From NCBI GenBank assembly GCA_034780895.1, contig JAUZTB010000074.1, forward strand, positions 16,472,789 to 16,536,788: a stretch of DNA of 64,000 nucleotides. Reading direction: 5' to 3'. Below, in pieces: positions 24,690 through 37,500 of this stretch. A program made the position numbers and the translations under genes. The stretch comes from Rhynchobatus australiae. Its lineage: Eukaryota. The notes beneath the pieces are model-generated. The model was given only the letters and a program-made list of their open reading frames with translations, did no database searches and was not told the origin of the DNA. Numbering within the stretch: position 1 is the stretch's first letter; each line of letters starts with the position of its first letter.

Positions 24690-25140
24690 CATGTCCTCTA
24701 TTTATATGTGTTCCTTTTCTGAGAGCCTCTTAAGTGCCTCTGTCATATCTACCACCACCCCTGGTGGTGCATTTCAGGCAGCCACCACTCTTTTTTAAAA
24801 AATAACTTGCCTGCACATCTCCTTTGAACGCCACCCCTCACCTTAAATACATGCCATCTAGTATTAGATATCTTAAGTCTAGGGAAAAAGATACCAGCTG
24901 TCTACTCTACCTGCCTTTCATGAACTTCTATCAGGTACTTTAGTCTCTGCCGCTCCAGAGAAACAACCCTAGTTTGTCTGAACTCTCCTTGTAGCAACTG
25001 CCCTTTAATCCAGCAGCATCCTGGTAAACCTCTACTGCACACTCTCTGAAGCCTCTGCATCCTTTTATAATGAAGTGATCAGAATTGAATGCAATACTCC
25101 AGATCTGGCCTAATCAGAGTTTTATAAAGCTGCAGCATAA
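24690..25140 (-). mobile_element. CR1 fragment
   Basis: accaccacccctggt..catcctggtaaacctctactgcac..cagaattgaatgcaatactccaga is reverse LEYCIQF. Confidence 0.85.
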
Positions 25141-25614
25141 ATGTTTTGGGTTGTTTTTGCAAAGATAATAAGACAAGCCAAAATGGCAGTTTCCTATTCT
25201 ATAAATATATGCAGTTCTCTGCCACCATGATTGTGTTTGAGATTTCCTCACAGCCAAGGGCAACAAAGCATATTGGTTGATTCTAGCTCCTGACCCATTT
25301 GTACACCATCATTAGAACAACTCATTGTGCCATATAATCATTTTGAACCATATTTAAGCCTTAATTTTTCTTTGATTTGACTCAATAATAACCCTTGAAT
25401 CTAAATCTGTGTCCACTCATGCTATGTAAAAGAGATCCCTAGCTGAAGTAAATGGTGCATTAGTTATCACATGCTGTTCACTTCTTCAAAGGGTTGGAAT
25501 GTTTCTGACAGTAGTTTGATGTCACTGTACCACTGGCTTCAGTGAGATACAGGGAAACTTTTGAGATTTAACTCCATTCGAACCTGATTCCTCCCCCCTC
25601 CTCCTCGTCCTTTC

Positions 25615-26135
25615 CCCTTCCTCCCGCCCTCAAGAATGACTTGCTTTCACTCTGGCCAGCGGGGAGAGCAGGTGGGTAATTTGTGAGGTGGTTCACACCT
25701 TCTGCCTACTATGCAGAGTCTCAGCTCCTAATATCATCCAAGTGCCCCTGTATCACTTTGAGCAGTCATGGGCCAGAGATTCCCAGAAGTCGGTGGGAAT
25801 GTTGCATTTCTTCAAGAGGCTTGGAACTCATCCTTGAATCTTTTCCTCTGTTCACTTTGTGAGCTCTTGCCATGGGGATTCTGATGTTATGCTATTGCAC
25901 TGTAAGACACTGATGTTGGTTTGTTTATCCTTCCAGTGAGCTTGGAGGAATTTGCAGAGACAGTGTTGTGATTTTTCTTTTCCCCACTGCCTTAAGATGC
26001 TTGCTACAGGTAGTCCAGGTCTCAGAGCACAGGGGAAGGGAGGGGATTGCAGCTGCCCCTTAGACAATGAGATATATGCCAGTTCTGAAGTCTTAATCTT
26101 CATATTGGCCTCAATGTGGAAGCCACAACAGGTGC
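25615..26135 (-). mobile_element. RTE-clade LINE 3' fragment
   Basis: Reverse LKKCNIPTDFWESLAHDCSK, with a frameshifted TK..VY.AA..P.L....ETW-like segment upstream. Confidence 0.75.
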
Positions 26136-28421
26136 AAGGTGGAAAGTAGGTTTAAAGGCATGAAGGACAAATTTAAAGGAATGAAAATAAAAGGGCAAGT
26201 GGTTACATGTTTAAATAAGAATTCCGACAATAGTTGGAAGTTGATTAATGTTTTAAATAAATTTTGTTTCTTCAAAGGCTCTTTAAATGGGGAAGAAAAA
26301 TTAGTGCTTGGTTGACCCCAATAGTTGGTTTGGTAAAAGTCATGGTGATACAGTGGCATAACTTTGAAATAAGCAGTGGACTGGAATGAGACGGAGATCA
26401 GGAGAGTATCCTTGCTTTTTACTGCAGAACATAGCATCTACAGGACAGATTAACTGAAAGCCTAGGAGGAGGAATAGAACATGTGGATAGCAGCTAGCTT
26501 CTGTGTTCTCTGGCAGCTCCATTTGAAAGATACAAGGAACAGATGATACAACTCTATACTTGGTGTTTGTTGACCTAAAGAAAACGTCAGCAGTTCCATA
26601 TACTGATTGCTAGCCAAGTCTAGCTCTGTTCGCTAATGTGGGTGGGAAGGGACTGACAGTCTGCCTGGCATGTCTCCATTATTTTTCCTCTCTTAAAATA
26701 AGCAACTGTAGGGGAATTCCCATTGGGAAATCCATTGACCTAATATTATCGGCCATTCTAATAGGAAATCCAAATAATTATTTGCTACAAATAAGAAAGA
26801 AAAAGGAAACAGTTAGAAATAGGTTCAGAACTGGGTGAGGTGCTGAATGAGCAGAAATTGGACTAATTTGTAAATTGGTCAATAAATGGAGCTGAATGAC
26901 CTGAAATTATACTACTTTCTCCTCTCCGAGAGAAAACAAATGCCTTCCAGACTAATTTTACCAATCAGTTTTGGCAAAATAGACTGTGATATTTGAACAG
27001 AGGAAAGGGGAGCCTTCACTTATGGCTTTTTTTGTTTTGTGAATATTACTAAAGGAGGAAGAGATTTAGGGGAAAAATGAAATGTAAAAGCATGTACTTT
27101 AAAGAGTTAATTAAAAATATACGCTTTGGGTTACAGAATGACAATGCTATCATGAAGTGCCATAACTAGTTGATACCACGTCTTGACAATAACTGAATAA
27201 ACTAGGATTAGGTTGGATCATAAATTCAAATTCAAAGATTAGTATTATGAGACATGCAATGGTTTCCTGTGTGCTCCCACGGCAGCATACTTAAAACTCT
27301 TCATGCATACTCATTGGGTTGTGGGTGATTTGCCTACTAGTCTGGATAAACCATGTGATGTCTGTACAAATATAATTGTATCCATTACATTTTGTTATTC
27401 TTAGCATATTTTGAAGTTTTATTTATTGACTGGATTAATTGGCTTAATTCAGAAAGGATTTAGTCGTGTAGTTTTCCTGCCGACCATTTCTGGCCATCTG
27501 TCTCTGCAGATATGAAGGCAGAACTTTGTGCTGATCTGTCAAGTTTTTAAAAAACTTTTACTGTGAGGTTGCAGTTTGCACAGTTTTGTCCATTTTAATC
27601 TGCAATTGTATAATGGTGGTAGAAAGCTGCTTATTACAAAACCTTGGACAATCCCGATTCCAGATGGAGTTTGGTGCCAGGCTTTGGGTGAATTGTAGAA
27701 TTTGGTTAATCCCTGTAAGTAAGTGGGTGGGGGGGATGTGAGGGGAGATGGAAAATCATGTCAGATGCTTAGAGGTGCATCTTGACCAGAAGTGCCTGGT
27801 TGAATTTCCAGAATCATTTGATTAGACCTAGAAACAGTTATAATGGCATTTCACTCTGGAGACAGTTTTCTGCGTTTCTTGGCAACTTGTTTTCATTTTT
27901 TTCAAATCTCTTGTTGCTGTATAAGTAAATAAGCCATGTTCCTATTTTTAAAAAAATCAACATGACCTAATGGAACATTTCAAACTTTTGATGGAATTGG
28001 ATAAACATGATCAAGAAAGTTTCTCAAAAGCTTGAAGCTTAACTTGATATTAGGAAATTAACAACCAATTAGATTGTGACAAATGGAATATTTCATACAA
28101 AATTTGATAGGCACGTTAAATACTATAGATAAGGCTGCCCAATCAAAAAATTGTCTGGTTCGGCTTGAATGACAACTGTATATTTCTATGAAAAGAGGTG
28201 ACAATAGATATGCAATGGAAAAGGTTGAAATCCTTCATTGCAGGAGTAATTACATCTGCTACAGAATTTCTTGAGCTTTTTATATTTGTTTTAGATCATT
28301 TGTATATTTACAGCTAATATATTTTTCCACTGATATTATCCAAAGCTGAATGGTAATACAATTTTAAATCAATTATTTTCATCTATAGGAATTCATATTG
28401 ATTTTAGAAGGCAGTACTTGA

Positions 28422-28796
<375 letters not shown>

Positions 28797-29229
28797 TAAT
28801 TAATAAAATATTCAACCATTATAAATATTATTGAATTGAAATTCAGATACTCATTGGTCTTTTAGATATAATGTTATAGCCAGCTGAAGCTCCAACTTCA
28901 GCAACAGGTTTGTAAATGATATGGCAGAGTTAACACTGGGGCCAATATAAGTATTATTCTTCAAGGCTAAGCCCATTTTTCTTCTAATTGTAGCAAGTGG
29001 CGAAGTTTAGTTTGTTCATCTAAACTTCCAATGGTGTTATACAGTTGCTGGCCCATATATACTTTTCCTAAACATAAGGGAAGTTATGGCAACTGAACAA
29101 AAGCATAAACCGTGACTTTGAAATAACTGGAGTGCTGTAATATTTAATATTGCAGCAATGTTACAGAAGTTCTTCTTGAATGAATATAAACAGAGCACAT
29201 GATGAGAAAATGCCTTATCAAGATGTGAA

Positions 29230-29925
29230 AAATGTAGGACTATAAGCCATTTAAGCTTACCAAACCTATTACACCATGCAGTAAGATCGCAGCTGATCTG
29301 TGACCTGACTCCAGATACCCATCTTAATGCTGTATATATACTAATACCTTTTGGTTAACAATATCAGTGTCAGATTCAAAATTAACAGATTGTTATCTAT
29401 AAAAGAGAATTCTGCATGCAAAGAGGATAGAGGAAGCTTTAATATTTTGACTCAGCTGAATCAATGGACATGAGTATCAGCTCTGCTTACCAACTTGGAA
29501 ACCTCAATCAGACCACTTCTTTTTCTCTTGAATTCTGGAGAATACATTCTTTCTTGTGTAATTTCTCCTTTGGAGTCCAGGTGTCATTCTGATAAATCTA
29601 CACTACACTCTGTTCATTGCCAACATCCTTCCTAGGTTCAGGTGCCTAGAATAGTTACAGTACTCCAATTGTGCTCAAATCAGGACTCTGTAGCATAACA
29701 CCTATCAACTCCTAAGACTTCGGTCTCTTAGAACAGCAGGTCAGAATCATGTTGGCCTTTTCAATTATTTTCTTCAACAGTTCTTTACATTTTAATTATC
29801 TATTAATTAAAATGGACCTCCAAATCGCTTGAATTTCACCAATCCTAGTTTCACGCCATTTATAAATTACTGTGTTCTCTCCTGTTTAGGTCCAAAGTGG
29901 ATGACCTCTCATTTATCTCCATTCA
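29230..29925 (-). mobile_element. Decayed CR1
   Basis: CR1 tail gtaggactataagccatttaagc; acagtactccaa (LEYC); ccaaagtggatgacctc (EVIHFG). Confidence 0.75.
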
Positions 29926-30659
29926 TTCAATTTGCTAAAAGGAAAAGGACTCCATTTGAATTCTACTTTTCATGACCTCTAGTCATATGAAAGGACTTCA
30001 TAGCCAATAAAGGACTATTGAAGTATTGTTGCTGTATCAGTGTCAGAAATGCTGCAACTGATTCATGCATACAGTTTACACAAGCATTAATGTAATAGAG
30101 AACAACTAATCCTCCCTTGAAAATAATTAATGGGTTGCTTTACTCTCCTCAAAAGTATAGAGAGTATCTCAGTTTATCTTCTATTGCACTGATGCATCAA
30201 GTCCTGATTTTTAGTGCTCAAATAATTTTTGTAATTCAATGCTGCCATCAACACTTTGGCTTTAAGTCTGTAAATATGGTGAATGGTTGCAGCTCCAACA
30301 CAGATCCCTGTAGAGCACCACAAATCACATCCTGTTCAAATAAGCAGATGTCTATTTTGCTGCTCAGGCAATTTCTTTACCAGGTTAATAATTTGCCTTC
30401 AGTTCCTTGAGCTTTAACTTTATGGATAAAAGTGGGAGAAATTTATCTTTGGCTGCTTGCACTAAATACACAAAAAAGAGTATTGACTACTGGTTGTATT
30501 CATTGTAGTCATTGAATACATGGACATCCGTATAAGCATTCACTGATAACTCGCTCATGTGAAGCACTAGGGAACACCTTTTTGCTGTCTCTTGTCTTCT
30601 GGAAATCTCTATATAACATCAATAGACATTTTCTTATTAATTTCTTGAGGTACCCCTTG

Positions 30660-30872
30660 ACAATAAGGGCCACTGTAAGTTGCTCCTAGTTTGTAAGTGA
30701 GTGCTAGAATCTTGAGGGTTGGGTAGGGGATTGTGAAGGGGAGGTTGAAGATATTGTGGGGACAATTAAAAAAAATAAGATTAATGTAGGATTAATATGA
30801 AATGGGTAGTTGGTCAGCGCAGACGCAATGGGCTGAAGGGCCTGTTTCTATGTTGCATCTCTCTGACTCTAT
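30660..30872 (+). mobile_element. 3' half of an HE1-like SINE with CR1 tail
   Basis: ggccactgtaagttgctcctagt..atgggctgaagggcctgtttctatgttgcatctctctgactctat. Confidence 0.8.
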
Positions 30873-32109
30873 AAACATAAAAATAGAAAATAAATATTCT
30901 CACTTGTATGTATCATTTTGTCTGCATCTTTGCTCCTTGGGATATCCTCATGAAAAAAACCTGACAACCTTCTGGAATGCTTTGAAAATTGATTTCCATT
31001 CTTGCTATTGGTATTCTATGTTTGATCATATCAATTTTCATCTCTAAGAGGAAACTTCAACAGTAAATAGAGTTATTGCGTCAAAGACAAATGTTTTTGA
31101 TTCTGTGTAAGAAGGAATGTCACTTTGAAATTCTAGGAGGAATGTATGACATTTTTATCTAGCGTGTAATACAAAGAACAATTTGGTGCTATCACAATGT
31201 GAACTATGTCATTGGTTATCTGCTTAGAAGCAGAACTGGAAGGTTGAAAAATAACTTCCCAGTGGTGCAGCTATTGTGTTTAAAATCAGGCCACCAAACC
31301 TGATTTGCTTGCATCAGTGTTATCTGCCACCACCAGTTTCTAAAAATACACGGAAAACAAACAAACTGAGGACGCTAGTTCAGTAGTAAGTATCCACCAA
31401 AATTATTGGAAATGATGCACAGAAGGTTTATTCCTCAGTAGTCATTACTCTCATTCCCCCTAGTTATTTAGTTGAATCAAAATAAGTATTTGGCGTAGAA
31501 CATTGCAATTAAAAGAACAGTATGCCTTATTTTTCAATTATCTGGACTGTAATTCTACTGCATCCTCTTCCGTCCCAAGGATATTGTTTTTTTTAATGTT
31601 TGTGTTTTTCTCCATTTTGAGTGTGTTTTTCCCACTTTATCAATGTACATTGGACTTTGCTCTAGTGAGATGGAAACCATTTTGCCCAGTTCCATTCAGC
31701 TTCTTACTACATTAGTTTAGAAACAGAAGTGAAAAGCAGTAAGTTGTAGCAAATTCCTCATACTTGTTTGTCAATCCCTTTTGTGTTCTACCCAGCTCTT
31801 GGGTACTGGCTCCTAACCTTCTAGCTAAAAATGTGAACATGACATGGTGTTTTTTTGTACAATTCCCTTCCTATCCTATCATAAATTGCATAACTTATCA
31901 AGCCCCTACTGTATACATTTCTAAAAAAAATGATTTGCAAGTAAATTTCCATATTCACAAAGTCTATGTCTTTCCATCTCTATAGCTGTAGATAGAGTAA
32001 CAAATGTATTCTATTGGTACCAACTTAAAGCAGGTGCTTTTAAAATGAATATGAAAAAGATAAGACTCTGGAATTTTCCAGTTTTGGCATTTTTATGCAA
32101 GGAGGACTA

Positions 32110-32555
32110 TTGGTATTGGTTTATTATTGTCACTTGTACCAAGGTACAGTGAAAGGCTTGTCTTACAAACCGATTTGTACAGGTCAATTCATTACACAGT
32201 GCAGTTACCTTGAGTCAGTACAGAGTGCATTGATGTAGTACAGTAAAAACAATAACAATACAGAGTAAAGTATCACAGCTACAGAGAAAGTGCAGTGCAA
32301 TAAGGTGCAAGGTCACATCAAGGTAGATCATGAGATCGTAGTCCATCTCATTGTATAAGGGAAGTGTTCAATAGTCTTATCACAATGGGATAGAAGCTGT
32401 TCTTAAGTCTGGTGGTATGTGCCTTCAGGCTTCTGTATCTTCTACCCGTTGGAAGAGGAGAGAAGAGAGAATCACCTGGGTGGGTGGGGTCTTTGATTAT
32501 ACTAGCTGCCTCACCAAGACAGCGAGAGGTACAGACAGAGTCCAAGGAGGGGAGG
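32110..32555 (-). mobile_element. Young 5'-truncated Rex1/Babar-like LINE (ORF2 C-terminus and 3' UTR) with 9-bp TSD
   Basis: ORF IIKDPTHPGDSLFSPLPTGRRYRSLKAHTTRLKNSFYPIVIRLLN is the typical C-terminus. Tail is (ACCAAT)n. GGAGGACTA is duplicated at 32101-32109 and 32556-32564. Confidence 0.88.
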
Positions 32556-33279
32556 GGAGGACTAAAGACATTTTATACCAGTGACTTGATAAACATTTGG
32601 GCACACTCAAGAAACTCTTCTATCTCAATCAATTTAGCTATCAAAGCCAACTAGGTTGTAATGTCTGCTTAGCAGGTTTAAAATTTCACATATTTAAAAT
32701 GGATACATGAGTGCACTTATTCAGAATATCTCCTTCATAGAAAAATATTTAGAGAAATTGAGTCAAAAATACTGAACATTGATTTTCTTTTCAATTGTTC
32801 TGACTGTGTGCTTCATTAGTTTTTTGGACAAATATTCATGATTCCCAAGGAGAAGTTGTTCTTAGGAACTTGTATTAAAGATCATTATTGAAAAAGAAAG
32901 AAAACTCTATTTGGAGATATTTCTGGAGACCAGCGCTTGAAGATGTTCTTCAAAGATGCTTTTTAAATTCAAAACAAAACTGCAGATGCTGGAAATTTGA
33001 AATACAAACAGAAAATGCTGGGAACACTCTGGTTGATGGATTAATAAAGGAAATGAGAGAAAACTAAGGGAAGTGTGAAGACCATTAAATGCAGGTCAAA
33101 GCTGTAAGAAATGCCCAACGGCTAAGGCCGTGCTATGCTTCTCTGTACAATTTTTTGTTGTAAGTGATTTTATAAATTTTTAAGTTTCTGAGGAGATCCT
33201 TTTCAATGGAGAGAAATTGCAGTTACGAGAGCAGAATCACTTAGCAGCATGCATTGAACCTATGTAGAACTCTACATTC

Positions 33280-33900
33280 TTTGTAGACACTGGTTCAACT
33301 TCCACATGTTTGCTAATTGTGCCCAACTTTCATCTCCTGGACTTTTCTTGATTGTCTGTCTGTGATAATGAGCCTAAATTTCCTGCAATTGAAATTGGGA
33401 AAATTCAAAGCCATTATTTTCAATTCCTTTCAGGATCTGTGATCCCTTGTCACACAATCCATCTTCTTGGCTTATTGTTTAGGTTTGGCCAAATTCTGCA
33501 ACTTCATCGTCCTGTTTGAATCTTTGAACTTCTTATCCAATCTCTTGCCATGACTGTTTATTTTCACTTTACTTCTCACTGCTCCAACTTAACTTCCTGG
33601 AAAAACTATAATTGATATCTTTTGTTGCTTCCTGACCACTTCCTTTGGGACTTTCTGATCTCTACTTCCTGTAATTTCCTTATTAATCGGAATTATTTAA
33701 GCACATTTATCTAGTCCAGAGACACATCACCTTCACCTCGGTGATCCTAATGACTTCTTGTTCTTCACTGTATTGATTGTAAAATTCTTTGCTTTACACT
33801 GCCTTGCCTGCTCTGCAAGCAATTCCAGGGTAATATTTCTCCTATTCCTTAATATTAAACTTGTTATTATCTCCCCCACTGCTTTCATCTGTTTGGGGCT
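33280..33900 (+). mobile_element. Decayed L2 LINE RT fragment
   Basis: FHMFANCAQL (cf. FHMYADDTQL) and NFLQLKLGKFKAI (cf. NFLQLNIGKTEAI). Confidence 0.65.
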
Positions 33901-34389
33901 ACCATGTGGAGCTTTCTCTCTAAAGCTTTATATTGCTCAAAAACCTTGTGTTTTTAATCAAATCTTCTTCTGTCCCATTTTCAACCCACTCACATTTCTT
34001 TGTCAATTAGCAGTTGCAATATAAATAAAAGTCAATGTCTCAGTATTGCCAGAGAAATCTGCAAACGTTCAGTTAGTGCTCGAGTAGCATCCAAAATCCA
34101 AATGTAGCAAGACAGACAACTCCACTACTGATGGTGGTTGCTGCTTCCCTGGTATTCATTGCACAGTAACTTTATTATACAACATGTCATGGAATGGCAG
34201 AATCAAATGACCTATTCCTGCTCCTAGTTCTTATGTTCTGATGCTGAATAGCCAACTATTATTTTCAGAATTCATCACATTACAACTTCCAAGAATCTCA
34301 AAAAAACAGGCCCTTAGCAACATGCCCTTTGACCCTTCCCTTCTGACTACTGCCAAATCAGAAAAATGAGACTCAAACAATATCATATT

Positions 34390-34525
34390 TAAAAAAAAAT
34401 CAGAAAATTTTGGAAATACTGAACAGGGTGGGTAGCATCTGTGGAAAGACAAATTGACTTAATGTTTTGGGTCAAATACCCTTCATCATTTCAGGTTTCC
34501 AGTATCTGCTGTTTTTGTTTTACTT
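34390..34525 (-). repeat. Penelope-derived terminal repeat with decayed hammerhead core
   Basis: Reverse strand reads TGATGA-AGGGTATTTGACCC-AAAACATT; related copies at 32970-33030, 40235-40335, 40512-40612, 51315-51400 and 61955-62082. Confidence 0.65.
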
Positions 34526-37500
34526 TTGAGGATAAAAATACCTGGTTTGCACTAGTTTTCAATATGTCCTTTAAAGTTTGTTCAAATACTCCTGGCTGTT
34601 TTGACTTGCCATATTAAATCTAGATCTGCTTTCAAAGCTTTTAATGATATTGTTGTGCAGCATCCTTGCTGAGTTGAAAAATATACCAATGAATATCATC
34701 GGCATAGTCATAGATTGCTTCACAATTGATCTTGGGCAAAGTACCTCTGAACCACCTTTCGAAATCCAGATATTGGTTCAGGCCTTCCACTTAAAAGCTG
34801 AAAGATCCACCAGGTGGCCTGAAGCACCACCTTCCACTCCAGTTGAGTATTGGCTCTGGGAACACCCTTGCTGCCATGGTGAAGGCTTCATGGAGTTTAA
34901 AGGGTGACACAAACCACCTCAGATTTTCCATCTTTTTGGCTGAGATAACTGTCACTGAATCTTTGCCAGGTTTGGTGCTCATTTGGTACTTGGAGAGGCC
35001 CTGCACAATATGGGTCTCGCTAATCAACTGGGAGCCAGCCAGGTAGCGAAGGATGGGGGGGTCTGCATTCTGCTTGTTGGCAAGCAGAAGATTCAGTCAT
35101 TATCTAGCAGCATAACACTTGTGTTCCTTTGTTGTAATGAGCCACCCAGAGTTCATACTGATGTACAGTAAAGTGATTCCCATCCATATTTTCAGGAAGG
35201 ACTCTAGTTCAAGGTATTCTTTCTTTAAACATAATATGAAAGTAGCAAAATGATTTTAATAATGAATTTCCAATATTGGTGATATTATGGAAACTGGTAA
35301 CTGGTTTGTTTTACTTGGAATAGGATAGCAAATGTCAATTAGCAATTGAAAATTTGCCCTAAATACATTATCATTACTGACAGTGTCTGACCAAAATTCA
35401 CTTGATGAGATTCATCATTGTATTTAGGTTGTTTTATTTTTCTGGAATCTATCATCTGAGCACTTGGACAGCTGACAGGTAGAAATTGCATGAATTCTTT
35501 CCATTATTGATGTAAGTGTCTAACTTNNNNNNNNNNTATCATTTGTGACTCATCCAATTGAGAAAGACAAATTGAATATTTTTGTAATATGAGAGATTAG
35601 GAACAAGAGGAGTTCATGTATACACATGACTAAAAGCTTGTGACACCCACAGCCCACAGGAATAATAGAAAACCTAATTAATGTTGGCCTTTATCTCAAG
35701 GCAATTAGAATTCAGAAGTGAAGTTATGATCCTTTAGTTGTACAAGTCCTAGTCATCTGGTATATCACTATTAGTTCTGGGCACAAAGTCTCACCAGAGA
35801 AATAGTGGCCTTGAGAGTGGCATAATCTCAAAATTAGAATCTGGTTATTTAGTAGTAACATTTGATAACACTTTGATTACACAAATGTAGTGGAAATCTG
35901 AAACTTGTGCTTCCAAAACCCATGGATTTTAGGTCAAGTGATTTTGAATTTCAGGATTTGGAGTTGATAGATATTTAGTAAGATTATTGGAGGATTTCAG
36001 TCAATGGCTGGTATTGAAGCATAGAGGAACCGTGATACAAATGAATAGATTTTCAGGTTTAAAGAGCTATAGACCATCCCTTTTGTGTGTCTACATCAGT
36101 TTTGTTAGAGGTCAGAAAAAAATGAGTTGGAGAGCTGGACATTTTCTTTTTGATACCAGAGCAGGCAAAGTGAGGGGGAAGGGACTCTGCCAGAATTTTG
36201 CTTTTTATTTCTAAAAACAATGAAATGACTTTCTACTTTTTTACTTAATTTCATATTTAGTCATCTGCAAACATGTAAATCATGTAAGTCAACACAAACA
36301 ACTTAAAGAATATTGAAGTGATGGTCCAGTGGCTGGAGAAAGGAAAGGGAAAGTGTGTATTAAGAGGAGGCTAAGCCTGTTTTTATTGTTAATTCAGATA
36401 AAGACCTTCCCTGTTTTCCCCCTTATTCCTTGGTTTCCCTGGGCCATAGAGCAGGTGTGACTTTTTGAAAGGGTGAGAAAATGTCTACATTAGAAGCATT
36501 TGATTATAAAGTNNNNNNNNNNNNNNNNNGATAATTGTTCTCTTGTTGATCTCTTATCTCCTGTGAGGAAGCACCTGACCTCTGCTTTGTATTTTCCATA
36601 CAGCACAATGAGAAATCACAAAATCATCAGGATGGGGGATCTCGAATGTGAAAGCCACATCCTGCCACTCTGTGGTATTATATGTAGGTGTTTCACAGTG
36701 CTGCATCATCTACTTTGCAAATTATATACATTTTTAATTACATTTAAGGTGCCTCTGAGGAGTAGTTGTACCACCTGCTCTACCCAGCTGTTTGCAGCTG
36801 TCTCCACATCAGCTGGAGATGTGATAATGAGGCTAAGGCATCTGTCCCAATGGCAAACAGAGATGCAAGACAGGCTTTGAATGGATGAGGTTGTACAGCT
36901 GCAGCCTGATCTGCTCGTGTTTAAAATGGCAGCTCAGACCAGGGAGACTTCTGAAGTTTCCTTTTTCACTGGCTGGTTGATAATATTTTAAGGTTCTTCT
37001 ACCACCTGTAGTGAACGATTTTGTTTTTTTTCCCTCACATGAGCACGCATATTGCAAGATTGGTAGCTGTGCTGCCAAAAGAAGCTGCAGAACAACGACC
37101 AGACACTTCCTCGCATATGGGGAAAGCAGAGGCAGGGTCCCTCTCAGCCACTCATGTGGACTTCGTCATGGATCACTTGCCTTCTAAACCAGGCTATTGT
37201 AAGTGGTACTTAAAAATCTAGAACACAGTACTTACAAAAGACAGAATCTTTCAAAGAATTTAAGATGCCATCTTTCCTGAATTATGGAGATAACAATTTA
37301 GTTGAAAGTATGTGAAGTACAGTACTGATCTTGACCGGTTACACATATGGTGGAATAAATAATTCCTTACAATATACCTAGAATGCATTAAGTTGTTAAT
37401 TTTACAACAGACTTTTATTGGAGTCTACATGCAAACTGTCTTTTGACAAACAGTATTTTCCATGATAGCTGAGCACTGATGAGATATTATTCTGGGATTT

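Noticed and set aside
30484-30520. Interleaved complementary segments (TGACTAC/GTAGTCA and TGTATTCA/TGAATACA) with H-type pseudoknot order
   Set aside because: The final loop is a single nucleotide, too short to span the 7-bp stem; more likely chance or a template-switch quasi-palindrome.
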